Under the pieces are notes generated by a model. That model had not been told where the DNA came from. It saw only the letters and a list, made by a program, of their open reading frames with translations, and ran no database searches. Of a stretch of DNA of 64,000 nt, positions 9,617 to 19,345 are shown piece by piece; position 1 is the stretch's first letter, and every line of letters begins with the position of its first letter. The position numbers were made by a program, and so were the translations under genes. Source of the stretch: an uncultured Gammaproteobacteria bacterium (GTDB lineage Bacteria > Patescibacteriota > Microgenomatia > Levybacterales > UBA12049); NCBI GenBank assembly GCA_964416505.1, contig CAYQEJ010000001.1, positions 1,692-65,691 of the forward strand, given 5' to 3'.

Positions 9617-9942
9617 TTCTTTTTATGAGAATCTTCAATATCTTTATGGAGCTCTTTTTTCAAATCATCTGCAGTTTTTTTAATTTTATCTTCAATGTGA
9701 TCCACCCTTTCAGTTAAAAGTTTCCAGATTTTTTCTTGATCATCTTCTGCTAGGAGTACTAAGAATTCCTGTTTGTCTTTTTCAGAAAGTTCCGATAAAA
9801 CTGAGTCTAGAATGGCATGATGAAGATTCTCTTGAGCAAGCTCAATGAGGTGTTTTCTTTCTTCTTGAGTAAGTTCCATCTCGGCCAGTGCAAGACTTAT
9901 TGATGAAGTTTCTACTACATGTGAATAAAAATGTGATTTCAT
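9613..9942 (-). CDS. Hypothetical helical protein
   Basis: 109-aa ORF coupled (ATGA overlap) to the next gene. Confidence 0.8.
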   Translation of the reverse strand: MKSHFYSHVVETSSISLALAEMELTQEERKHLIELAQENLHHAILDSVLSELSEKDKQEFLVLLAEDDQEKIWKLLTERVDHIEDKIKKTADDLKKELHKDIEDSHKKK

Positions 9943-9948
9943 ATTAGT

Positions 9949-10821
9949 TTATTGTAACGTTTCTATGGGTCCTAAGGGAATAACATCATTTGGATCATCT
10001 AGAAAAAAATAAAGAACAGGTCCCCGCGCTGAACCATCTACTCTTTCAAGGTAGTTCATTACTTCTGGAGAACCACCAAGATGTTTTCCTGTCCATTCAG
10101 CTGGTCCTGCATCTCCGATCACTGCTACAACTGCTTTACCGTTTTGCGGATTTACGACTAGCATTTTTCTAAATTTAAAAAAATCTCTATATTCGGCAAC
10201 TCTAGAATTAAAATCCGGAGCAAGAAATGTTTGAACAGCTATATAATACTTTTCTCTTTCTGTGTCTTCTTCAGTCAAATTTGCCCGAGAAGTTGCAAAA
10301 TATCCCCACGCGCCCAGACCTGGTGCCATTCCCGAAGAATAATATTTCGAAGCTTCATCTTGATTTCCGTCGAAATGCGAACTCATATTGTCTCCGGGAT
10401 ATCTTGCTAAGTGCTGTTCTGCGCCAATCAGTCCATAACTTCTGTTGAGCCTAAGCCCATTTATTTCGGGTTTTACAGTTACGCCAAAGGTTTTCGAAAG
10501 AGTTGCGCTAATAGAAGCCTCTTCGTCTCCGGTTAAAGGTCTTACTAAATCTGGGAGTTCTTTGGAAAGATTCGACATAAGAAATACTCTATTGTTGATT
10601 TTTTGAGCTTCCTGGCTTGCGACAACTGCGCCTCCTGCGCTATCTTTTTTAATTGGAGAAGTTAGAAGGATAAGACTTCCTAACGAGCCTACTGCTAATT
10701 GCTTGGAATTATCCGCAAGCCATTTAAATGAGTCTTTATGTTTTTTAGCAATTCCTTCTGTGAGATCTCTGTGTCTGCTGGTCCATTTATCTTTAAGAAA
10801 TTGATAGTTGGGAGATTGCAT
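9949..10821 (-). CDS. Hypothetical protein with possible RlpA/double-psi beta-barrel C-terminus
   Basis: VVNPQNGKAVVAVIGDAGP...LGGSPEVM; likely start MQSPN with TGCTACAAT 6 nt upstream. Confidence 0.65.
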   Translation of the reverse strand: MQSPNYQFLKDKWTSRHRDLTEGIAKKHKDSFKWLADNSKQLAVGSLGSLILLTSPIKKDSAGGAVVASQEAQKINNRVFLMSNLSKELPDLVRPLTGDEEASISATLSKTFGVTVKPEINGLRLNRSYGLIGAEQHLARYPGDNMSSHFDGNQDEASKYYSSGMAPGLGAWGYFATSRANLTEEDTEREKYYIAVQTFLAPDFNSRVAEYRDFFKFRKMLVVNPQNGKAVVAVIGDAGPAEWTGKHLGGSPEVMNYLERVDGSARGPVLYFFLDDPNDVIPLGPIETLQ

Positions 10822-10874
10822 ATAAAAATTGTAGCAAAAAAGTGAACCTGCAAGCAATTTGCTATAATAGGTTT

Positions 10875-11006
10875 ATGAAGGAGAGATTATTTGAAGTAGC
10901 GCTTTTCTTAGTGGGATTAATTGGACTTTTGATTTTATTTACTGTGCTATATAAAGGTCCTCGTTTTATTTTGAGTTTTATTCTTCGATACTTTAATATT
11001 TCCTAA
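10875..11006 (+). CDS. 43-aa membrane peptide, not in the ORF track
   Basis: MKERLFEVALFLVGLIGLLILFTVLYKGPRFILSFILRYFNIS; TGCTATAAT 6 nt before ATG. Confidence 0.6.
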   Translation: MKERLFEVALFLVGLIGLLILFTVLYKGPRFILSFILRYFNIS

Positions 11007-11010
11007 AACA

Positions 11011-11064
11011 TAACCTCACCCTTTTTAAATACAAGATTAAATCCTATCAAAAAGAGTGAGGTTA
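11011..11064. terminator. Hairpin between convergent genes
   Basis: TAACCTCAC-C-CTTTTT ... AAAAAG-A-GTGAGGTTA. Confidence 0.55.
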
Positions 11065-11096
11065 ATAAGTGCTTATTTAGTAAGACTTAGATTGGC

Positions 11097-11327
11097 TTAC
11101 TTTTTGGACATATTCATCCACCAATCATAGAAAAGCCATAATCCGGCTGCTCCTACTAATATATACACGACCCATTCTACTTGTGGCATAGAACCTAGAA
11201 CCATATTAACTACGTTCCAGTTTGCTCCCATGAATCCACCAAGTCCTACGAGTCCCCAGTTAAGCGCACCTACTACTACAAGGAGGGTTGCTACTAGTTC
11301 TACCCATTTCATTGTGTCTTTACTCAT
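11097..11327 (-). CDS. DUF378 family membrane protein
   Basis: LVVVGALNWGLVG...VYILVGAAG; strong SD. Confidence 0.9.
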   Translation of the reverse strand: MSKDTMKWVELVATLLVVVGALNWGLVGLGGFMGANWNVVNMVLGSMPQVEWVVYILVGAAGLWLFYDWWMNMSKK

Positions 11328-11543
11328 TTAATCTCACCTCCTTTACAAATAAAATAGCTTATATATCTAGTTAGGCATATAGCAAATTGCGTGTCAAGTG
11401 TCTCTCAAAAATGAATCTATTTGAATAATATTGTTCTACTTTTATTCTATTGATTTGCGTATAATTTTCTCGTATATTATTAATATGCAACTGCCCAAAT
11501 TCTTCAAAAAAGTTCTCCATATGTATGCTTTTTGGTTTTTGTT

Positions 11544-12800
11544 ATGAGGGAAAAAGTTATACTTCATATAGATTTTGATTCTTTTTTCGCTTCATGCGAA
11601 CAACAGTTTAACCCTTCTTATAGAAATAGACCAATTGGTGTTACAGCCACAAACGGTAGAACTTGCATAATTGCGGCTTCCAGAGAGGCAAAGAAATTCG
11701 GAGTTAAAAATGTGACCAGGGTATGGGAAGCTAAGAAATTATGTCCTCAAATTATTCCGGTTCCTGCACATTTTACGAGATATTGGGAGATAACCCAGAA
11801 GTTCTTGAATATCTGTAAAGATTACTCTCCTTATGTAGAGCTTTTTTCTCTTGACGAAGTATTCATGGATATTTCATCAACAGAGCATTTGTTTGGTGGG
11901 CGTATGAAGATTATTGAAATCATTAAGAAAAGAATACGGGAGGAAATTGGCGAATACATTACCGTGTCAGTGGGCCTTTCTTATAATAAGCTTCTTGCGA
12001 AACTTGGATCAGGAATGAATAAGCCAAATGGATTTACCCATATTAAAAAAGATCAAGTTGAAGAAATTTATTCAAAGATTAAGCTTACTGATTTTTGCGG
12101 AATCGGAGAAAGAGTTGAGAAAAGATTAAATAAAATTGGAATTTTTACTCCACTTCAGCTTAGATCTGCATCTCTAGACATTCTAATTGAAGAGTTTAAA
12201 GATGTAGAAGGACATTTTTTAAAAAACTTAGGACTTGGTGAAGATGAACGTGATGTAATTCCCTATTATTTGCCTCAGGAGACAAAGTCGGTTGGTAGAA
12301 ATTATTGTATGCCGAAAAACGAATTTGATCAAAGAATAATTCTTCAAAATGTTTATGAACTTTGTGAGGAAATAGGAATAAAGCTAAGGCGTCTTAATAA
12401 GAAAGCCAGAACGATTGGTCTTTATCTAGGTGGAGCGCATACTTTTCATGGTAGAAAAACTTTAAGTTATCATATAGATAAAGGATCAGACATTTTTTCT
12501 CTTTGTAAAATTCTTTATGATTCATGGGGTTTAGCTAAGCTGCCCTACGAAGAAGGAATGGTTAGGCAAATTAGTGTTTGGGCTGGAAATTTAGAAGATA
12601 GTATAAATTTGACTCTTTCTCTTTTTGATACTCAGATAAAAACTTCTAAAATTCAACCGACAATTGATGCTTTAAATAAAAAGTTTGGACATAACACTAT
12701 AAGAAATGGTTTTGTGATGGATGGTCCAAATCTTAAAACAGTTCCAAATGGATTTATGGCAGATAGATTTGAACGAGCAAAATTAGTAGGAGTGATTTAG
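11544..12800 (+). CDS. dinB: DNA polymerase IV (Y family)
   Basis: ILHIDFDSFFASCEQ, AASREAKKFGV, SLDEVFMD, NKLLAKLGS..KPNG. Confidence 0.93.
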   Translation: MREKVILHIDFDSFFASCEQQFNPSYRNRPIGVTATNGRTCIIAASREAKKFGVKNVTRVWEAKKLCPQIIPVPAHFTRYWEITQKFLNICKDYSPYVELFSLDEVFMDISSTEHLFGGRMKIIEIIKKRIREEIGEYITVSVGLSYNKLLAKLGSGMNKPNGFTHIKKDQVEEIYSKIKLTDFCGIGERVEKRLNKIGIFTPLQLRSASLDILIEEFKDVEGHFLKNLGLGEDERDVIPYYLPQETKSVGRNYCMPKNEFDQRIILQNVYELCEEIGIKLRRLNKKARTIGLYLGGAHTFHGRKTLSYHIDKGSDIFSLCKILYDSWGLAKLPYEEGMVRQISVWAGNLEDSINLTLSLFDTQIKTSKIQPTIDALNKKFGHNTIRNGFVMDGPNLKTVPNGFMADRFERAKLVGVI

Positions 12801-13606
12801 ATCAGGCAGACTTTTTTAGCTTCTGAAATTATATCGTCTCTTTTATTAAGAGGGATAGAGATTTGATTTAGGATTTCTGGATTTTCGCAAATACTTTTAA
12901 CCAAGACAACATTTTTGGCCAACAATTCTTGTTTTTGAGGCATAGAAAGAAATGATAATGCAGTTACAGGATAAAGCTTAAACTTTTCCACGAGTTCTCT
13001 CATGCTCTCTCCTTCCGGATGTTCCCAGCTTAAAACTTTTATACTTTGGCAGTCTGAGTACGCGAGTGCGTCAACTGTAACTTTTGTATTAGTAGCGAGC
13101 ATAACATCTGTAAATCCATGTTTTTCTTTCAGATCATCAAATCGGGCTTTTGTATAAAGAGCAACCTGAACATCTGATCTGGATCCGGGTCTATTGTGGA
13201 ATTTGCACTCAACCATTATTTTTTGAGTTTTATTTTTTGCAATAATATCTACTTCATGACTTACGCATTTGCCCATTAAGATTTCACCAACTTGTGTTTC
13301 ATATCCCTGAGCTTTTAAAATTTCTGCAACATATGCTTCGAATGGAAACCCCGTAGGCCCTAAATCCATGAGAGCGCGTTTTAAGGAGTATTTATTTTTA
13401 TAATAAGGGCTTTTTGTGTGTCCTAGATATTCTTCTAGATGGTAGTAGATTTCATGAGTTGGAATGTTTTCATAAAGATTTGATTTAATGTGCTCTAGAA
13501 CTTCTTCTTCAAGGTTTGCTGGAATCCCCGCTCGTCTAATTGAATCAATTAACTTTTTTTCGCTAAAATCTTCTGGTTGTCCATTTGCTTTTATAACAGT
13601 GGGCAT
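12797..13606 (-). CDS. ATP-cone domain plus Mrr-like restriction endonuclease domain protein
   Basis: VIKANGQPEDFSEKKL ATP cone; GFPFE...EVDIIA...VECK PD-(D/E)xK motif. Confidence 0.85.
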   Translation of the reverse strand: MPTVIKANGQPEDFSEKKLIDSIRRAGIPANLEEEVLEHIKSNLYENIPTHEIYYHLEEYLGHTKSPYYKNKYSLKRALMDLGPTGFPFEAYVAEILKAQGYETQVGEILMGKCVSHEVDIIAKNKTQKIMVECKFHNRPGSRSDVQVALYTKARFDDLKEKHGFTDVMLATNTKVTVDALAYSDCQSIKVLSWEHPEGESMRELVEKFKLYPVTALSFLSMPQKQELLAKNVVLVKSICENPEILNQISIPLNKRDDIISEAKKVCLI

Positions 13607-13618
13607 AAATTTATAATA

Positions 13619-15046
13619 TCAGGAAGAAACTTTTTTGAACATAAAGAAATTGCCTTCATTTTTTATTAGTGAAAAGTTAGGATTTTTCTTGATTTCTTCA
13701 AGTAGCATTTTTTCATCATCCTTTGTCGTATTTGTTATGAGAAATAAGACAAAGTCTGAATTTTCGATTCCTTGAGGGACTACGAAGATATTTTTTCTGT
13801 GAGAGAGATGAGAACCTAAATTATTTGAAGAGCTAACTAATGCTTCTTCAGGAATAGTTTTTAACATTTCATCAATGACGAGTCTTTCAGCCAAAGGTTT
13901 TTGGAACATATCTATATTTGGTTTTTTAGCAAATGGAAGTGGACCATAAGTATAAGAAGAAATTAAAGTTGTAATCAAAATCATAGGAATAAGCATATTG
14001 AAGGTAATTTCTGGAAAATATTTTTTAATTCCGAAAATTGCAAAAATTGCGGAAATGAAAATAAAAGGCGTAACTGTTGAGGAATATTGATAGTAAATTT
14101 GATGAAGAGGCGGGTTCTCACTTAATAAGCTTATTACTAAATCTGGTCCAGTAAATATTAAGTAAATTGGAGCAAGAAAAGAAAGATAAGAAAGAGGCAT
14201 AAATAATTGTTTGATGTAGCCCACCCTATCAGGTAAAAGAAGTGTTTCAATTGTTCTAACTGGATTTAAGAAAATATTTTTAATAATATTTCCAGGTGAA
14301 TCTCCGAAATCAGAATAATATTCAAGAGCAAAATGTGCAGATCCTAAAGAGCTTGGTATAGCAATCCAAACAAGGTAGTAAAACAAGAAACACGAGATGC
14401 TAAAAAGTAAAACTCCAAGTAGTTTCTTCTTATGAAAGAAGATTAAATAAAGCCCAAATAAAGAATTAATAAACCAAACTTGCTCTTTAGTAAGTCCTGA
14501 TAAAATGAGAAAAAATATACCAAGTGCGTAATTTTTTTTAATAAAAAAGTAAAAAGCACCTAGAATAAAAGTTGTTGCAAGCGAGACTGCATGAAAGTCA
14601 TACAGATTTACATAGTTAACTGCAGGATTTAGAAAATAGCACAAAGAAAGCGCAAGTGATAAAGTACGATTTTTTAAAATTTCTTTTGAGATAAGATAAA
14701 CAAACACTCCTCCCATTGAAAGGGTAATTGTCTGAATGAGTAAAAGCATTTTTGGATTTTCCCAAATCAAGTAAAATGGAGAAAGAAAAGCTAAGATAAA
14801 ATCTGCATGAAATGCAAGACGTGACACTTCGCGAATTCCGTTGGGGTCAGTCATTTTAAATATATTTCCATGCGCTGTGTTCCAAACAGTCTGGGCCATA
14901 TTTCCAAGGTCAAATCTTCCGGTGTAATAATTGTCGTATCTTAGAAAGCTAGCAACACTAAAATACACAGCATAAATAGCAGAAGCTAAGATTAGAATTA
15001 TCTCTTGCCAGTATAAGTTTATTTTTTTAATTTTAAATTTCTCCAT
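13619..15046 (-). CDS. DUF2079 family multi-pass membrane protein (GT-C-like)
   Basis: FDLGNMAQTVWN, HADFIL, YDFH, KE, YQYS motifs. Confidence 0.85.
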   Translation of the reverse strand: MEKFKIKKINLYWQEIILILASAIYAVYFSVASFLRYDNYYTGRFDLGNMAQTVWNTAHGNIFKMTDPNGIREVSRLAFHADFILAFLSPFYLIWENPKMLLLIQTITLSMGGVFVYLISKEILKNRTLSLALSLCYFLNPAVNYVNLYDFHAVSLATTFILGAFYFFIKKNYALGIFFLILSGLTKEQVWFINSLFGLYLIFFHKKKLLGVLLFSISCFLFYYLVWIAIPSSLGSAHFALEYYSDFGDSPGNIIKNIFLNPVRTIETLLLPDRVGYIKQLFMPLSYLSFLAPIYLIFTGPDLVISLLSENPPLHQIYYQYSSTVTPFIFISAIFAIFGIKKYFPEITFNMLIPMILITTLISSYTYGPLPFAKKPNIDMFQKPLAERLVIDEMLKTIPEEALVSSSNNLGSHLSHRKNIFVVPQGIENSDFVLFLITNTTKDDEKMLLEEIKKNPNFSLIKNEGNFFMFKKVSS

Positions 15047-15951
15047 ATAATAATGATTAATAGAAAAGAAAGTTCAGAAATTATCAAAACAATTCTTGTA
15101 AAGATTGACATCGCTGCAGCATCAGATGTGCTAATAGCTTGAGATAAGCCTAGGATTACTATCAGTTCTCTAATTCCAAGCCCGGTTGGTGCTATAAAGG
15201 ATAGGTAGCCAACTAAAAGCGCAAAAGTGAACAGCGATGGTAAAACAACAATTTCTGGTTTATGAAATCCGAAAATGGAGGCAAAAACTACGTAATTTGC
15301 TAGTCCAAATATTGCATAAGTTATCAATGAGGTTAGTATTAGTTGAATTTTTCCATTTTTATTAAATCCTGGAAGAACTAAAGATGATAATATGCCTTTA
15401 TCTTTTGCATACCTATTTCTATAGAAAAAACCCGTTGCCAAAAAATAAATGGCTACGGCAATCATGCTTAATGGCACAAAAGCTTTAAGCTGACTCCAGT
15501 ATGTTGTGTTTCCAAGTATTACATAAATTATTAAAGTGGAAACTATGCCGCATCCTATTATGACTAGCTGTATGTCTGCGATTAACGCTGCTCCCAAAGA
15601 TTTATTATCTACTCCCAACTGCTTGAATAAAGCACCCCTACTTAAAAATGACCAAATATTCCCGGGCGTGTATCTTTTAACTTCAGACAAAGAAAATCTA
15701 TAGGTATTATCTAAGAAATTTATTTTATTTCCTTTTAGTTCTAAAGACCTTCTCCAGAGAACAGATCTCATCAAAAAATAAACAAAGAATAGAAAAACAC
15801 CAATGATTACGACGTATGGATTCACATCAGAGATATTAATATTTAACTTAGACTTTTGGTCTGCAATCAGCTTAATTACAAAAAATATTGAAACAATGGA
15901 AAGTGGCCAGCCAATTAAAAATTTTCCCCAGGAAATAATTCGCGAATTCAT
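15019..15951 (-). CDS. Lysylphosphatidylglycerol synthase TM-region (flippase-like) protein
   Basis: RYTPGNIW and PTGLGIRE motifs, multi-pass. Confidence 0.8.
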   Translation of the reverse strand: MNSRIISWGKFLIGWPLSIVSIFFVIKLIADQKSKLNINISDVNPYVVIIGVFLFFVYFLMRSVLWRRSLELKGNKINFLDNTYRFSLSEVKRYTPGNIWSFLSRGALFKQLGVDNKSLGAALIADIQLVIIGCGIVSTLIIYVILGNTTYWSQLKAFVPLSMIAVAIYFLATGFFYRNRYAKDKGILSSLVLPGFNKNGKIQLILTSLITYAIFGLANYVVFASIFGFHKPEIVVLPSLFTFALLVGYLSFIAPTGLGIRELIVILGLSQAISTSDAAAMSIFTRIVLIISELSFLLIIIIWRNLKLKK

Positions 15952-15999
15952 CTAACTAAATTATATCTAAAGTACTTTGCAAAACCAATCTTTTTGAAT

Positions 16000-16695
16000 T
16001 TAATTTCCAGTTTCTCCTTCGCTTCGGAATCTAAGATCAGCGCGTCTAATTTGTAAATATGGACTTTCTGAGTTATTTGCGAGAAAAGACATTACAGCTT
16101 TTCTAGCTGTTTTTAGGTTATGCCATAGCGCATGATGAGTGGTTATGTCACTTCCAAGTCTATCTAAATCACCAAGAATAAAATCTGTTGTTTGAAGTCT
16201 TCTGTTGTAAATAAAGAAGTAAGCATCACTTGGGATTAATATATTGTGATCTGCTGCCAATTTGGCATGTTGAATAATCGAATCTGTTAATGTTGATGGT
16301 ATGGCCTCGTCTTTTATTTGAGGCAGCCCGAGTTCAAATAAAGTTCTGTTGTTACTCAATGCTATTGCGGAATCTGCATTTCCATCTGTCATAAGTATGC
16401 TTGTTCTGTCTCCGCTAATTCTATATGTGGGAAATACCTTAAGACCAGCTTTTTTTGCTCTTCGATAATTATTAAATGCTCTTTCTGCACCTTGTTTTGC
16501 TCGAGTAGGGTCTCCTAAAAATTTTTTTACAATAAATCTTCTAGGACGACCAAGAACTAATGTTTCTGTTTGATAAATTCTTCCGTAAGCTCCCCCTCCG
16601 GGAATATACTTTTCACTAACGACCTGAATCCACGAAGGCGTATTGTCATATTTAGTATATTTAGCTGATTTTCCAGGTGTTAGTGTCTCAGACAT
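16000..16695 (-). CDS. Orphan protein with minimal protein-kinase-like motifs
   Basis: GGGAYGRIY glycine loop, IVKKF lysine, SDAYF and GDLD. Confidence 0.6.
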   Translation of the reverse strand: MSETLTPGKSAKYTKYDNTPSWIQVVSEKYIPGGGAYGRIYQTETLVLGRPRRFIVKKFLGDPTRAKQGAERAFNNYRRAKKAGLKVFPTYRISGDRTSILMTDGNADSAIALSNNRTLFELGLPQIKDEAIPSTLTDSIIQHAKLAADHNILIPSDAYFFIYNRRLQTTDFILGDLDRLGSDITTHHALWHNLKTARKAVMSFLANNSESPYLQIRRADLRFRSEGETGN

Positions 16696-16832
16696 AGAGA
16701 ATGATTATAAGCTATTTTAAGATCTAAATCAAACTATAGGATATAATTAATCCAATTTGAATATTGTTTTTAGGCATAGATTGGTCCTATAGTTAGTTGT
16801 AAGTACGTTTGATTTGTACTACAATACGCATT

Positions 16833-17492
16833 ATGGAAAAATTAGCCAAATATGATCCTACAAAAGATAAACCAAGGATAGCTATTTCTTCTGATGACGG
16901 TCCGTACCCCAAAACTATAGAAGGGCTTTTGGGTGTACTGCATGATAAAAAAGTTCCGGCTACTCTCTTCTGGATTGCAGAAAACGCTAAAAGATTTCAA
17001 AAACAAGATCCTGTATGGTTTGAAAAAGTACTTTATCAGATAAACGACGAAGGACATGAGATAGGTCTTCATGGACCGAGCGATTATGAGCCGAGCGCCT
17101 GGACCAGAGCGGTTACCGCTCATGGACCACGTGAAATTAGACGTGCATATTGGGATCTGGAAGCAATGACTGGAATGGAGGTAAGGTATTTTAGACCACA
17201 TATTCTTCTCCAGCCGTTGGCGGTAGCCGCAGCAAGAATGCTCGGACTTCGAACTCCAATTCCTGATGCAGCTAACTATGCAGATGGTGCTGCTCCGGTC
17301 GATGAACAAGTTAGAAAATTTTCAGGTGGACATGAAGGAAGTATATTGGTATTTCATGACGGAATAAGTAAATATAGGCAGACCACGAATGCAGTTGCCG
17401 CTCTTCCTTTGGTAATTGATATTTTAAGAGCTAGAGGACTTGAACCAACAAATATATCAGGTCTTCCCCACGGATCCTACAGATCAATCTAA
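16833..17492 (+). CDS. Polysaccharide deacetylase (NodB/CE4)
   Basis: SSDDGP, ATLF, GHEIGLH, YFRP, ILVFHD. Confidence 0.88.
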   Translation: MEKLAKYDPTKDKPRIAISSDDGPYPKTIEGLLGVLHDKKVPATLFWIAENAKRFQKQDPVWFEKVLYQINDEGHEIGLHGPSDYEPSAWTRAVTAHGPREIRRAYWDLEAMTGMEVRYFRPHILLQPLAVAAARMLGLRTPIPDAANYADGAAPVDEQVRKFSGGHEGSILVFHDGISKYRQTTNAVAALPLVIDILRARGLEPTNISGLPHGSYRSI

Positions 17493-17530
17493 TTTGCTGT
17501 ATAATTTTATTTTGAAAGGGGGTGAATTAT

Positions 17531-17947
17531 ATGGCAAAATTAAATCCTTATTTGCATTTTAAAGATAATACTCGTGAAGCTATGAATTTTTATAAATCTA
17601 TATTTGGAGGAGAGCTCACGATGAGTACTTTCAGAGAAGGTATGAATGATAATGGTCCTGCGGCTGATAACATCATGCATGCGCAGCTTACTATTGGTCC
17701 TGAAATGACACTTATGGGATCTGATACTCCACCTGGTATGGAGATTAATCCGGGTTCAAGCGTAGGAATGTCTTTAAGCGGAGAAGCAAGTGATGAAGAG
17801 AAATTAAAAGGTTACTGGGAAGGATTATCAAACGGGGCGAATATAACTGTTCCTTTGGCTAGTTCTCCATGGGGAGATACTTTTGGAATGCTAACAGATA
17901 AATTTGGAATGGAATGGATGGTAAATATCGCTGGTAAGAAGGAATAA
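17531..17947 (+). CDS. PhnB-like VOC family protein
   Basis: LNPYLHF, EAMNFYKSIFGG, IMHAQL, PWGDTFGMLTDKFG. Confidence 0.92.
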   Translation: MAKLNPYLHFKDNTREAMNFYKSIFGGELTMSTFREGMNDNGPAADNIMHAQLTIGPEMTLMGSDTPPGMEINPGSSVGMSLSGEASDEEKLKGYWEGLSNGANITVPLASSPWGDTFGMLTDKFGMEWMVNIAGKKE

Positions 17948-17966
17948 TCCTTCAGTGGAAATTCTT

Positions 17967-17993
17967 AAAAGCTCATTTTCCGTGAGCTTTTTT
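17967..17993. terminator. Bidirectional intrinsic terminator
   Basis: AAAAGCTCA-loop-TGAGCTTTTTT. Confidence 0.8.
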
Positions 17994-18002
17994 GATGGGA
18001 AA

Positions 18003-18746
18003 TTAAACTTTTGCTTCTTCTGATCTAGGAAGATCAATATTTTTTAAAATATCCCTAATTCTAAATGGTCTTCCTGCCAATGCTGGTGCAGCTGATCGTA
18101 CAGGGAGAGCCAAAGCTATTTGAATTAGATTAAGATCCATATAATCTTCAGCAGCATCAATCTGGTAGCCTGGCGCATTTACGGGTGAGTTGTGTTTGTA
18201 AGGCTCAAAAGACATGGACATTATTCCATAAGGTAAAAGTCTTTCATATGGAGTAGCAAAGCGTTCAAGAGTATCTACGAGAGCCATTCCTTTTAAAGCA
18301 AGAAATCTAATTTCTTCAGGATCTACTTCGTCTTCACCTTCTGCCATTTTTGTTTCAACTACAAGCCCCTTGTCTTTAGTTGATATTCTAATAGAATTTA
18401 CTTCAGGAGCTCTTTGATCCTCAGGAATAACAATTAAGCCATTATTAGAAATACGTACAGCGCTTTTATCTTTAAAAGCTATTGCTGATAAATTTAATAT
18501 TGCTTCGTATCTAGCGAAATACATTACTGATTCGAATTCTTGCTGAAGCATTTCTCCGGATGATGAGTTTATTCTTACGACACCGTATCTTCCATCACTT
18601 AAATTACCAGTAACGATATAATGAGATGCAACATATCTTCTATTTTCCCTATCGCTTGAATTGTAAAGTCCTACTCGCACATCTGGATGCGCTTCTAGGA
18701 TTGCTTCTACTGGTGTTAATGAAGGACCTTCTATAACTCTCGACAT
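18003..18746 (-). CDS. Orphan hypothetical protein
   Basis: Likely start MSRV; TGGTAAAAT 8 nt upstream. Confidence 0.7.
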   Translation of the reverse strand: MSRVIEGPSLTPVEAILEAHPDVRVGLYNSSDRENRRYVASHYIVTGNLSDGRYGVVRINSSSGEMLQQEFESVMYFARYEAILNLSAIAFKDKSAVRISNNGLIVIPEDQRAPEVNSIRISTKDKGLVVETKMAEGEDEVDPEEIRFLALKGMALVDTLERFATPYERLLPYGIMSMSFEPYKHNSPVNAPGYQIDAAEDYMDLNLIQIALALPVRSAAPALAGRPFRIRDILKNIDLPRSEEAKV

Positions 18747-18796
18747 AGATGGGAATTTTACCAAAATAAGAGGTTATTTTCAACTATAGGACTAAG

Positions 18797-18868
18797 TGAG
18801 CCGCCAGAGACTCGAACTCTGAACCGATTCCTTAAGAGGGAATTGCTCTACCATTGAGCTAGCGGCCC
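18797..18868 (-). tRNA. tRNA-Lys (CTT)
   Basis: GGGCCGC acceptor, ATTCC-CTCTTAA-GGAAT anticodon arm, GTTCGAGTC T-loop; no CCA. Confidence 0.96.
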
Positions 18869-18914
18869 TAAAAAATTGTTCGCATTTTTTCAGGGTAAAC
18901 CCGAATTAATGCAT

Positions 18915-19169
18915 TTATTTTGTTAATTTAGCAATCAATTTCAATTTATATTCTTTTTTCCATTTTTTGATCGCTGCTTCTCTTTTCCTGGCTTCAGACT
19001 GGTTTGTATACAATTCCGAATATACTAAACTTACTGGTCTTTTGCCTCGAAGTGATTTCGCACCTCGATTACTTGTATTATGTTCTAAGACACGTCTATT
19101 TATATCTGTTGTTATGCCTGTATATAAACTTTCGTCGCTACATTTTACTATATAAACGTGCCAATTCAT
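18915..19169 (-). CDS. Stand-alone GIY-YIG nuclease (YhbQ/UPF0213 type)
   Basis: WHVYIVKCSDESLYTGITTDINRR..EH...ARKREAAIKK; true start MNWH, since the longer ORF runs through a tRNA. Confidence 0.92.
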   Translation of the reverse strand: MNWHVYIVKCSDESLYTGITTDINRRVLEHNTSNRGAKSLRGKRPVSLVYSELYTNQSEARKREAAIKKWKKEYKLKLIAKLTK

Positions 19170-19227
19170 AATCAACAAATGTTTGCCCTGATGTTTGCAC
19201 TGAAAAATTTCGCTAAATTTTTTAGTG

Positions 19228-19300
19228 CGCGTCTGACAGGAGTCGAACCCGCAACCCCCTGGTCCGAAGCCAGGTGCTCTATCCATTGAGCTACAGACGC
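19228..19300 (-). tRNA. tRNA-Arg (TCG)
   Basis: GCGTCTG/CAGACGC acceptor, CCTGG-CTTCGGA-CCAGG, GTTCGACTC. Confidence 0.95.
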
Positions 19301-19345
19301 AGATCAATTTTATCAAATCGTCTTGTAGTACTCAAATGAGGAGTA

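Noticed and set aside
11433-11447. LexA-like GTTC-N7-ATTC upstream of dinB
   Set aside because: Imperfect single copy, and I saw no matching site upstream of uvrA
16733-16793. Resemblance of ACTATAGG to the T7 promoter end
   Set aside because: No upstream TAATACGACTC, and that reading points away from the associated genes
19228-19300. tRNA-Arg(TCG) as a sign of recoding
   Set aside because: An ordinary anticodon in many reduced genomes; TGA acts as a stop throughout, consistent with genetic code 11
18915-19316. 133-aa version of the GIY-YIG ORF
   Set aside because: The N-terminal extension runs through tRNA-Arg; the domain begins at ATG 19169
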